A stretch of 63,893 nt of DNA, the filler included, from Dugesia japonica (taxonomy: Eukaryota): assembly GCA_001938525.1 (NCBI GenBank). It is 5 parts of 5 records of this genome, joined end to end, with 100 filler letters (N's around TTAATTAATTAA, not from the genome) between each part and the next. Parts side by side here need not be neighbours in the genome. Positions count along the whole stretch, not along the records: positions 1 to 13,992 come from MQRL01635669.1; 4 more parts are not named here. The stretch is one strand, 5' to 3'. Every line of letters starts with the position of its first letter. The stretch's first letter is position 1. The notes under the pieces are model-generated. The model was not told the DNA's origin. It saw only the letters and a list, made by a program, of their open reading frames with translations, and made no database searches. Position numbers and translations under genes: made by a program. This document shows positions 1 to 10,950 of this stretch, in pieces.

Positions 1-922
1 TTTAATAATACTGTCATTTGCTGCTCTTAATCTCTCATTTGTCATTTCAATTTTTACATCCATCATATTTTTAATTATTTTACCACCAATAACATTTACT
101 CTAGCTCCTGTATCCAATAAACAATCTATCCACATCTGATTAAATTTTATTTTTAAACTAGGTTTTCCTTACATAATGTTATAAACAAATTATGTTTCTT
201 CCTTCATTTCATCTATTGTCATTATATTTTTTTTTAATTTTTAAATGACCATTCCAGTTATCAAAATTTTCTAAAATCTCATAATTTTCCTCAAATATCT
301 CATCACTATTTCTTNNNNNNNNNNNNNNNNNNNNNNNNNNNNNNNNNNNNNNNNNNNNNNNNNNNNNNNNNNNNNNNNNNNNNNNNNNNNNATTTTCGCT
401 TATTGTCCATACAAACATTTCTACAAGGCTTATTTATTTTATCAATATTTAAGTTATTATTTTTTATCATAAAATTTCCTTTGCCAAAATAATTCATTTT
501 AATTAATATGTTACGGCAAAAATGACTATCATTAAACATTACATCATGATCTAAATCATTACTTTTAGTCACAACATTTCTATTATCAAAATAATTATTT
601 TTAATTAAATCCCTATTATTAAAGTTATTAAAATTTTTATCATTATTTAAATCAATATCCTTAATCATCAAATTTTCATTATCAAAATATATAATTTTAT
701 TTAATTTATTATTAATATTATTGTTATCAAATTTACTTATATAATACGTATTATCAATACACCTATTATAATATGAATAATTTATGTCAACGTAAATCCC
801 ACCTTTTATTACATGGCTCCGATCATCTCTTCGCATAGTCTTTTGGGTAATTTGATCTGAATGTATCTTCTTGATTATCCGAGAAATCTCCATCTACAAC
901 TACTACTCGGCTTTGTCTATTG

Positions 923-1888
923 TTATCCACTGAATTCTTGTACTCTTAAAAATGAATTTCGCGGATACTTACCATAATCTTCATTTCTGTTTCTATTTTC
1001 TCTGTTCGCACAAAAGTTATATGGATTATCATTTTTATTATTTTCTCGTTGAATTCTTGTATTGGATCTATTTCTGAATTGATGTCTTTGAAATTCGGTT
1101 TTGAAATAACACAGTTTTTCCAAATGGCCTGATCGATGACAATTATTGCATTTGACTTTATGACAATTTCTTCGGATATGTCCTTCTTCATTGCAAGCAT
1201 AGCATCTTAAATTTGGTACCATTCTACATTGTCGAGAAAAATGACCTTCAAAACCCGCATGTCCAACATATTATTTTCTTAGGGATTTGATGTTCCCTCA
1301 CTTGAGCGGGTTTCATACTTTTGTTTTGATATTCTCTAAATTTCTTCTCACCTCTGGCCACCTCCGCAAATGTAGCTCGCCTTATTGGTGCATTTTCATC
1401 ATCCATCATAATATTATTCATCTTTTTAATTATTTTTTCAATTTCTGGCATATCTGTTGTTTCTCTCATTTTTATTTCTTTCTGAATTTCTTTGTAATCA
1501 ACGGAATGAATTAAAACAATACTTTGTTAGTTCATTTTTGTCCCATTTGTGTCGCAATAATTTTTCCGACATACGATTTACATCTTCAAAANNNNNNNNN
1601 NNNNNNNNNNNNNNNNNNNNNNNNNNNNNNNNNNNNNNNNNNNNNNNNNNNNNNNNNNNNNNNNNNNNNNNNNNNNNNNNNNNNNNNNNNNNNNNNNNNN
1701 NNAACTGCTTCATAAATTGGAATCAATTCTCTGTTGATCATTGTTTTGATGATTAATCCTCTTGAATTTTCTTCAACATTTGTGATGTCGAAAAATCTCC
1801 GGCAATCTAAAATGAAGGTTTCTAGATCCATTCTTCCACCATATAAATCTGGTACCAGTCTGTTAATTAGAGCCTGTGTGGTCACCAT
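923..1888 (-). pseudogene. gag: gag (frameshifted, partly in N gap)
   Basis: ORF pieces 1586-1888, 1248-1469 and 923-1222 give an N-terminal domain plus zinc knuckles. Confidence 0.8.
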
Positions 1889-1969
1889 GTTAGGTTAAGA
1901 TACAACACCAATCTATTATAAATATTTATTAGATATCAAAATATATTCTGAATCCCTTCTGATTCGCTG

Positions 1970-2004
<35 letters not shown>

Positions 2005-2136
2005 TACATATCAAATCTCAACTTATGATTTCATTTATCATAGCTTAAATTATGATAATAATTTCTGTTTCTTATTATTACATAAGATGGAATATTATTT
2101 ATCTTTCGAAGAGTTTACGAAGCGAATAATGTGACA
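1888..2136 (-). repeat. putative 5' LTR (TGTCAC...TAACA), followed by PBS-like TGGTGACC (8-nt match to tRNA-Trp 3' end)
   Basis: TG/CA termini, internal AATAAA and (TA)n, TGG directly after the terminal CA; no second LTR in the window to confirm. Confidence 0.55.
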
Positions 2137-2199
2137 CAAATATAAATATATATATTATTTAAATTAATTAGTTAATTAATCATACCCTTAATAGCCTTG

Positions 2200-3039
2200 A
2201 AATTTTGACGGATTGCTTTTTCTCATGAACAATTGTATGTTACGTGTTCTAGAGTCGGCAAACCAAGCAATCTTGAAATCTACCAAAATTATTTCTTGTG
2301 TTTTCATTGGAGAAGATACTCAAATTCTGTTACCTGACTTCGTATTATTAGACAAACCTTTTGAATTAAAAAAGTATTGGAATTTGATTGGTTAACTTTA
2401 AAATCTATACAACTTCTTTTCTGATCTACCCATGGTCTTCTGGTTTGAATTTTTGAAATTTCTAATATTTTTCTCAACTATAATTTTCTTTACTGATAAT
2501 TTTTTTCTTAATTGTAAGCCTTATTTTTTCGATAATTTTGTATAAATTAAATTACTTTTTATAATAAATTATTTTAATTTAAATGATTTATTCTATTTAA
2601 CAAAATAAATTATTTTTCTTAATTTATTAATTGGTTTGCCGACTTTCGTTTTTAAATTGAATTTTAATTTAATTCCGCCGTTTTCTTTTAATAATTAATT
2701 CTTTTTAAACTATTTTCTTCTTCAATTATTATTTTAATTTGACTTTCTTTGTTTCGCCAACGGAATTAATCGCTTGGTTCTTACTTGTCACTTTTTTTGT
2801 CTTTTCTGTATGTTCATAGTTTCTGTCGTTTCTTTTCTTTCATTTACTAAGTTATTCCTTTTATTTCCAGATTGTTTTAGTTATGTCAAAGGTTTTATTT
2901 CCTTCTCATTTCTTTTCAACTAATTTTTTCCGATCCTCTATCAGTTAGATTTTTTATTTCTCTTTTTTATATCCTATTTTCAATTTCTGTCTTAGTCATC
3001 CCCATTATGATTTCTTATACTAAGTGTTTCACCCCAACA
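2200..3039 (-). mobile_element. LTR fragment of the TGTTGGGG-terminus family
   Basis: Ends GTGTTTCACCCCAACA on +, like the ends at 13571, 59034 and 62086; same strand-biased composition; left boundary approximate. Confidence 0.5.
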
Positions 3040-3434
3040 TAATTTATGATAATTATAGTTAAATAAACTTTTACACATTTGTTGAATTACTAGACTTTTG
3101 ATGTTAGCTATATTAATTCTTGCATATCCAACTTTTTTTGCTTTGTTGTTTAAAATAAATTCTTCTGGGGATGGTACCTAGTAACCACAGAAATTTGTGA
3201 TGTCTTCTCCTACATCACGATCCCCCATTCCCGAGCTCAGTGAGCTTATGCTGTATCTCGTCTTGACAGAAAGTTCATTGTTGAAATTGGCTCTTATTGA
3301 TGCTCTAATTTGAAACGAAAAACAACTCTGAACTCAATATACATTTATTCGATCACTGGTCATGGTGACCCGAAAATTGTTTCTTCTGTTATGGTTTATT
3401 CTTGTGCTGTGCCATTCTGGATATGATATTTTCT

Positions 3435-3707
3435 TCAGAGGGTACGGTTATTCCCTAGAACTACGGACTCTCGATCGGCGTAATCCTTGATAATTTCCGC
3501 CATCATCCGATTGTTAGCTTTAAGTATGAGTTCCTTTCGTCGATTCACACTCAATCGTTCTCGTAATACTGCCGATTTCCTTTTAGTGTAACTGATGGTA
3601 TCCTTCAATTCTTTTATTTCTTTCCGCAATTTTTTTGTTTTAGCTCGAAGTTTTTGCTGCTCCACCAATAACTCTTCCGGTTCTGGTCTCGCTATTCTGG
3701 TAGACAT
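3435..3707 (-). CDS. small basic coiled-coil protein near the end of the large retroelement
   Basis: intact 90-aa ATG ORF with heptad pattern (LVEQQKLRAKTKKLRKEIKELKDTI). Confidence 0.5.
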   Translation of the reverse strand: MSTRIARPEPEELLVEQQKLRAKTKKLRKEIKELKDTISYTKRKSAVLRERLSVNRRKELILKANNRMMAEIIKDYADRESVVLGNNRTL

Positions 3708-5714
3708 TCTTTAATTCACAAATAGTTTATTGAAGGCAATTTTAATACAGCTAATTATTTAATTAAAACGCTGAAATATTCATATAACTTTACTCTTTAG
3801 TTAGTGTAAATTCACGTACATAAATTTCATCTTATTTATGTCCGAACTATTTATAAGAAAATTCTTATTCCAATTAATTTACAAGCTATAAAATATATTG
3901 TTGTATATTACACATAAGTAAATGATGTTTCATTGCTATACGGTAGACGCTTCTCCTTCCAATGGATCCAATTGTGCGACTAGAGATGACATCGTTTGTT
4001 CAATGTGACTGCTCAGTCGTTTCCCTGCTTAAACATGCAACAATATTTTCATTTCGTACACCTTGCCGTGTTCGTTTATAGTCGTTGGGGTTTGCATATG
4101 ACTTGAAACTGGATATAATATATATTTGCCACATAACATAGATATTGTTATAAAAGTGAACAAGGAGTTAGAATTCCGCTGTTAAAACTTAGTACCTTAT
4201 TGTTCTCAGGGATTTCTACTTCCTCTTTCATTATGCGTGTTGTCATTATTTGGCTGGATTTTGAGTAGCGGCAATCATTTTAAATGTTTATTTAACGTTT
4301 CTATCAAAACAATTATCATTATCAAGTAAAACACCAAAATATCGTGAACAAAATTTTAAACCGTAAGATGAGAAGCAACTCTTTATTGAAACAAACAAAA
4401 ATTAATTTTAACCCAAAATTTTATATAATCGAAACCAAGTAAATAACTATTCAAAGTATCATCAAGCTAATAATAATGAAATAATAATAATTAAATAAAA
4501 TTATCAACAGATATAAATTGGTTTTTTTAGAAATAAGATTATCAACACTCATAAAATTATATCTTAATCGAACTGAAATAATCCTTCTAAACAAATCTTC
4601 CTATTTCAGAACCCATAATTTATCGTTATATTATCAGTTCATTAAAACAAAATATCTTATGCCTTAGACATTATACTCGAAACCTTATATCCAAAAAATA
4701 AAAATTCCTTTTCGATAGGAAATATTCGATTTAATATTTTTCATTTAGTCTGTTATCATTCCGTGCATCAATGCCATATAATCATTCCAAAACATTAACT
4801 ATTAAATTTGATATAAAATTAAAATCAAAGAACTGCATAGAGAATGTATGAAATCATGTAAGTCTCGTACTAAAATCCATTAATAAAAATAAATATAATT
4901 AATCAATGCCAATTATAATATGATATTAAATAAGATTATCCTTAAAATAACTCCAATAAATTTAATCATACATTGTCTATAATATTAAATCATATAAAAA
5001 AATTATTAATTTAAATAGAATCAATATCAAAATAAAATTATAATAAACTAATGTAAAAATCAAAATGTCAATAAAAATTAAGTAAATTCAACAATTTAAT
5101 TAATATGAAAGCACTACTATTACGTTTACCATAAATTACATATTAAGAATAAAACATTTCTTGCGACCATTGATAAATTAATGCATAGAAAAATCAGAGG
5201 GCTCCTTGATCATCACCAGCAGCGATTTTTATTTAATTTGTGATTTTAATACTTGTTGCGAGTCATCAGATCGTTTAGTAATTCTATCATTTCTCTTTTT
5301 GCTCTAATTGTTGAACTATCGGACATTCAGCTTTTCCATTTTTATCCATCATGACTTTATTATAAAAGTGCTAGTTTCGTCCAAATAATCTCTCTTTAAT
5401 AATTCTGCGTTTCTTTCGATTCCAGTACTCTTGTATTCTCTCTCAACGTGCATTAACAGCTTTATATTTCTCGTAAATTTGAACTGATTCATCTTCTTTT
5501 TATCATTTTGAATTTTTTATGTCACCCTGATGACCTTTGTTGTTATAAATAAATAATATTATCAATATAAATATTTAGATATTATTACCAATATTATCTT
5601 ATTCCATAAAACAACTATAAATATGATATATTTTGTATATTAATACTCCTAAAATTCAACTTTGTCATAATCAATAATAATAAATATACATAATACCCGA
5701 TAACAATGAATATA

Positions 5715-5773
<59 letters not shown>
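5715..5773 (+). repeat. (AAT)n microsatellite
   Basis: direct reading; runs into N gap. Confidence 0.95.
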
Positions 5774-6443
5774 NNNNNNNNNNNNNNNNNNNNNNNNNNN
5801 NNNNNNNNNNNNNNNNNNNNNNNNNNNNNNNNNNNNNNNNNNNNNNNNNNNNNNNNNNNNNNNNNNNNNNNNNNNNNNNNNNNNNNNNNNNNNNNNNNNN
5901 NNNNNNNNNNNNNNNNNNNNNNNNNNNNNNNNNNNNNNNNNNNNNNNNNNNNNNNNAAATAAATTAGAATATTTCAACTAAATTATTTGTACTTTTGTTT
6001 TAATTAGATTATATTTCTTTGATAATAATAGAAATTCGTTGCCTATTTTTTTACTATAATAATTCTTTGATAATATTACCAAACACTCTTAATATATTAT
6101 AAATAATAAATAAAAATAATATTCTTATATCTTTCTAATATATATTACTTTCATTCGTATTTTCATCATTTTAATATATTAATACTTATTATATTATTTA
6201 TTATATTTATTTATTTACTTATATTATTCATATATTATAAATAAATTATATATTTCTTTTTCCGCTCATTAATTGTCCATTTATTATTTCAATCTTTTGT
6301 TCTGTTAGATCAATTTCGTTTCCATTTCGTTTCCAATTTATTATTTTATTAGTTTTATTTCTATTATTTAACCATGACATTATTTCTGGTTTCTCTCCAA
6401 TCTTTTTCTTATTCCTTTCGATAAATAATTTCTTACTTTTAAC

Positions 6444-7865
6444 TCAGTTATTATTTATGGGTCTTTCTGAATCAAAATGATTAAGTTGGATTGGTTCGCC
6501 GGGACGGCTCCTTGGCGGCAACATAACTGGAATGGGTGTACTTTTGAGTTTCTCGTATCTACTCTTCCATTTTCCCTACTCATTAGTCAGCTTGACATTT
6601 TCAATAATTAGGTTCTCATTTTCTTCTTTGATTTCTTGTTTCTCCTGGTTTAATCGTTTGTTTTCCTGAATCAGGTATTTGTTGCTGTTCTCCAAGTTTT
6701 GGTTTGTGATCATTGTTTCCTCTTGACTTAACGTTTTTGGATGAATTTCTGATTCTTCATTTCGGTTTATCTAGGTTTTATGCTGAATTACCGCGTTAAA
6801 TTCTCCTTTGTTAGTTGTACTGGCATTTGTACTGCTGCTAATATTTCTCGTTGTTATTGTTTTGAATTTCATAGCTTCTCGACCTCGTGTCGTTTTTGGT
6901 TTACTTGTCGACCTCATCATCGTTGTTGGTTTTTACTCTTGTTGTGATTTCCGGAGTACTTAATATTCTCTTTGTTGACTTCTTAATTCCTTTTGTGGTT
7001 TTATCTGGTGTTAGCTCCCATACTATTATACAATCTTCTTCAAATCATATCCCATACCTCAAGTGTATTTTGCGTTTTAATTCTCGTTGGTTGTCGTCCC
7101 ATTTATATTCTAATAATAAATCACCGTTTGTCCAATCTTTAAGGGATAAATAATGTCCAATTCTAATATTATGTTTCCTTCTCGTAGCACTGATAGGTCC
7201 ACAAACTTTCCTGCCTAATTTATCTGGATTCCGAGCGCACTTCTTCTGTTGTAAGATATATCGCCTCGTTTTGCTTCAAACTTCCGCCCTCGTTGTGTCC
7301 AGAGTACATCATAGACACTTTCTGGTAAGAATCTCCATATGTGTGACATATACGATACTTGCTTCTTGGCAAAATATTTCTCATTTCTACCCCATTTTAG
7401 TTTTTTGCAATCTCGTATTGAGTATAAAATATGGAATAATTTTTTGTAATATATACTGAATATGTTTCTCACTTCAAACATTCCCGAATCTTTGTGTTAA
7501 CTTGACATTCATGTCTCCTCTCGATATAGATGTCCATGTATTCCTTTGTATTGAATTAATCGCATTTATTGTGGATTTTCTCCTGTTATCTCGAGATTCA
7601 GTTGCCAAGATTCTTTGAATATTTTCACTGTCATTGCATAGCCTTTGACTTGTATACCGGATTGTACGCACGTAAACCGAGCTCCAAATTTGGTTTCTGT
7701 ATAATGACCTCCTTATGTCATAACTCGTCTCAATCCCTTTATTTTTATTGTCTGAATTTTGACCTCAAATTTCGTTATGTATACTCGACGTTCTGTTTGT
7801 ACATCTTTTTAACAATACCATTCCTCTCCATTTACTGTGCGTATCATTATCACAATTATTAACAT
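6444..7865 (-). pseudogene. degenerate secreted/env-like protein with Thr/Ser-rich region
   Basis: MLIIVIMIRTVNGEEWYC leader; frame continues through isolated TAA stops; later TITTRNISSSTNASTT with N-x-S sequons; end approximate. Confidence 0.45.
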
Positions 7866-7918
7866 GTATATTCATGGATTTCATGGAATCAGCATTTGAC
7901 TTACTCTTTTGGAGGTTT

Positions 7919-8155
7919 TCATTTCGATTTCTTTTCGCATATCATCTTTTCTCTTTTTGAACCAACCGTAACCAAAATTTTTGAAACTGTTATCGATGCT
8001 ATTATTGCTGCTGACAGGATCATTGTCCAATATCTCTTCTCTTCAGTTTTGATTCGATTTATTATTGTTGTTGGATCGGTTATTCGAGTTCTTTCACCTC
8101 GGATTACTTTCATTATTACTACTGTCAATAATAGGTATAACCATTCATTCATCAT
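7919..8155 (-). CDS. small membrane protein (signal peptide plus TM helix, basic tail)
   Basis: MMNEWLYLLLTVVIMKVIRG leader; WTMILSAAIIASITVSKILVTVG hydrophobic segment; KREK tail. Confidence 0.5.
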   Translation of the reverse strand: MMNEWLYLLLTVVIMKVIRGERTRITDPTTIINRIKTEEKRYWTMILSAAIIASITVSKILVTVGSKREKMICEKKSK

Positions 8156-8243
8156 CTTGAACGTTTATTTTTACTCCACTTATCGATATCATAGTCTCAT
8201 TAAGTTCATATAATTTCGTTTCCTGAATTCCAATCCTTGTGGG

Positions 8244-8480
8244 CTATACCGTTGCTACTATTGCTTTTATACACATTGTTAATATTATTACTGGTATTGA
8301 TGCGATACATGTCCACGCAATTTTCTCCCATTGTCTTCCAAGTGACGGCTTTTTAACCAATATTACTGCCTTCTTTTCGTTCTCGTAAATTGGCTCGATT
8401 ATATCCGTTGTTATTTTTTTGGAAATCTCCTCATCATTTATCACTAGTATTTCTGGTAACAGAATATTTTGTCGTATCAT
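8244..8480 (-). CDS. small protein with C-terminal hydrophobic segment
   Basis: 78 aa, intact; C-terminal IAWTCIASIPVIILTMCIKAIVATV. Confidence 0.5.
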   Translation of the reverse strand: MIRQNILLPEILVINDEEISKKITTDIIEPIYENEKKAVILVKKPSLGRQWEKIAWTCIASIPVIILTMCIKAIVATV

Positions 8481-8686
8481 TTCCTCTTCTTCCGTTTCCT
8501 CGAGTTCTTCGCACTATTTTTCAATTTCTTTTTGTTTCCAAACTTTATACCTTTCTTCATTTTGCCGATTCTGTTGTAAATCCTGGTAGATTCCCTACCA
8601 CGGTAGCGACAGTCCTTCGGGATCCTCTTCGCAAATCTTGATAATGTATCTTTCCTCTTCCGTATCGTAATCGGTTTCTGTGTCAC
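8477..8686 (-). CDS. highly basic small ORF (K/R-rich), retroelement accessory; true start uncertain
   Basis: 69 aa, ends KNSRKRKKRK; stop overlaps the next ATG (ATGA). Confidence 0.4.
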   Translation of the reverse strand: MTQKPITIRKRKDTLSRFAKRIPKDCRYRGRESTRIYNRIGKMKKGIKFGNKKKLKNSAKNSRKRKKRK

Positions 8687-9007
8687 TCCATGTCATCTCA
8701 AATCAGTTTGATCCGTCGTTCCAGGTTTTAATCAAATCTGCTCTATCCATTTGAAAGGTTTCAAGCCATTCTGGTTATTAACAAAACGTTAATAGACGTT
8801 TCTCCTTAACGCTATCACAATCGTCATCCTCCGATTTTATTTCTACGCCTATATCACATCGCTTCTGCGCTTGTTGCTTTTTATTTTTATTTATTGGCCT
8901 TTTTCTCTTTCGTCTTTTGCCCTTTGCTACTGTCTTGAGTCATGGATACCTTCTTTATGATCGCTATCCTCTTTATTTTGTTCAGTTTCTAATTTCTTAA
9001 TTAACTC

Positions 9008-9235
9008 TTAACACTCCATTTTTATTGTTTGTAGAAAAAGTAGTGATCCATCTAGATTTTCAACTTCTGTGAACGTCTCGAATTGTCTCCACATTGCCAT
9101 GATTTTCTGTCCGTCTTCCTTTGACGTGTTCAGCTTCTTAACTTTTGTATCTGTATCTTCTATGAAATTCATCAGATCATATCCTGCGAACATGTTCTGC
9201 TTCATCTCTTGCTTCTGGTTTGTTTTATTTTCCAT
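9008..9235 (-). CDS. retroelement accessory ORF, unknown function
   Basis: 75-aa ATG ORF within the same-strand cassette. Confidence 0.4.
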   Translation of the reverse strand: MENKTNQKQEMKQNMFAGYDLMNFIEDTDTKVKKLNTSKEDGQKIMAMWRQFETFTEVENLDGSLLFLQTIKMEC

Positions 9236-9451
9236 CTTTGGTTGAATACAGTCTTTTTCAATGCTGTTTTTTGTCTTTTTAGTGCGTCGAATACTTCTTT
9301 GCTTCGTATCTTCTCCTCAGCTGCGGTTTCTTTGTTTCATAATCTTTTTTCATTGTTTTTCATATACTCATTCATAATTAATGACAGCAGATCACCCCTC
9401 CTTTTGAAAAAGCGACGTCGAGGCTACCACTTGATACGATAAAAGTTGCTC

Positions 9452-10950
9452 CTACATTTTCCGTTGTACCATTATTTTATGTAGTTCATTAACTGTTTTC
9501 TCCAATTGATGTCTCATTATCTCTGCACATGCTAAACATAACCTCTGAAAGACTGTCTTTAGTATTGGTAATTCGATTACATCATTCTTTGCTTTACATC
9601 TGAGACATCCTTGATTGTCTTGCGCCGTATGGTTTCTCAACCAGCTTCTCTTTCGTGTTATTATAATTAAGAAGTCTTTAACCTCGATCTCTGTCTTCTG
9701 GAAACATTTATTACATAAATTCTCTAAGTCTTCCGCCACAATCGAACATTTAGTTGGTTTCTTCGATACACATCGATTACACTTCTTGGCTTTTGGTTGC
9801 TCTTGATTTACATCTATAATATCCCATATTTTCTCTTCAGCTTCTCATAATTGTAGACCCATTAAATTATACACTTTAAACATACGTACTTTAATTTATC
9901 TTCAGTAATTATTATTTTGGTTTCCATTTGATCCTTGTTACAATATTTGCATCTAACTTCGCCTTGAGTTTGGTTATTTGCTAGTTCTCGTCTCCTTTGT
10001 TTCACTTTTATCCATGATGCCTGAATTTCTTTTTGTAAGTCGATTTGTCAACTTTCACATAACGTTTTTGTAGTTAACATGTCAATTGGGCATTTCGTAG
10101 GTCTGGAACTTTTACAATTTCCTTCCAGGTTCCACGCAATTGTGCTGCCTTATTTTGATCCATCTCAACCCGATTTGGTTTATTAAATATCCATCTTTCT
10201 TGTTGTTTCATGGTAATTCTCTGTGAAATTTGTAAGCATAGTTTACACAATGATTTCCAGTTATCTGCCGCTCCGTGTCCTTTTATTCCATATTGTTCAC
10301 ATCTTGGATTATCGCATTGTCGATCCTCTTGAATTATTCCTTTTTCCACTGAATGATAATATTTATTAAGTATATCTCGTCTGTTTTCAATCATATTTAA
10401 ATTTTTATTTAGTTGATATTTTCTCAAGATCTCCTTAGCGGTTAGTTCAATATTTATTCTTATTGGTTTAGCTGTTGATAAGCCTGCTAAATGATTGTAT
10501 ATACATCTAACCTCACTTCTCATTATTCGTCTCGCATTTGTCATACAATTATTACATCATTGTTTGTATTTCTTTTTCGACACGTTTAATTTTAATACTA
10601 CTTCCATACATTGTATACAGGCTGCTCTTTCGATATCAGTTTTCTCTCTCTACACTTGTAATTACATTCGATTAATCTCTCTGTCTACACGTACGATTTA
10701 TCTTGTGTTACTCGTAAGCATTGTTAACACATTTGTAACAATTGACTTTTGATCAAAGGTACTGTTTCCGGGCTCGTTACTTTACATATTTTACACTGAT
10801 TACTTTCTTCGCTCGATTCCTTTCTTGTGATTTCTGTTATTGGTTTTGCTGTTATCATTATCACACGATGTCTTGATCTGATAGGATATCTCTCTTCTTT
10901 ATCCGTATTGTCCAATTTAAATCGAACTCGTTTTATTTTATTCATTTCTG
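9452..10950 (-). pseudogene. CxxC-repeat (putative multi zinc-finger) extension downstream of integrase
   Basis: CKIC, CYKC, CIQC, CNNC, CKLC, CKYC, CLKC, CNRC, CNKC, CLRC and CLAC read across frameshifted pieces. Confidence 0.6.

Larger units (their letters stand above)
1..2136 (-). mobile_element. Ty3/gypsy LTR retrotransposon, 5' part (LTR-gag-protease), degenerate, runs off window start
   Basis: Gag with three CCHC knuckles (CWTCG..GH..C, CYACNEEGHIRRNC, CNNCHRSGHLEKLC); aspartic protease motif DCLLDTGARVNVI at ~90-126; TG...CA segment followed by a TGG PBS. Confidence 0.85.

Noticed and set aside
3361-3373. Plus-strand CATGGTGACCCGA resembling a tRNA-Trp PBS
   Set aside because: No plus-strand gag follows; local coding signal is on the minus strand.
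5526-5545. CTGATGA as a hammerhead core (also ~47897 and within talin exons)
   Set aside because: No stem II followed by GAAA and no stem I pairing.
5615-5981. ORF-track entries with poly-X, poly-N/L/I/Y (also at 16.8k, 21.3k, 22.6k, 23.2k, 28.9k, 30.0k, 30.7k, 41.5k)
   Set aside because: Artefacts of N gaps and (AAT)n repeats.
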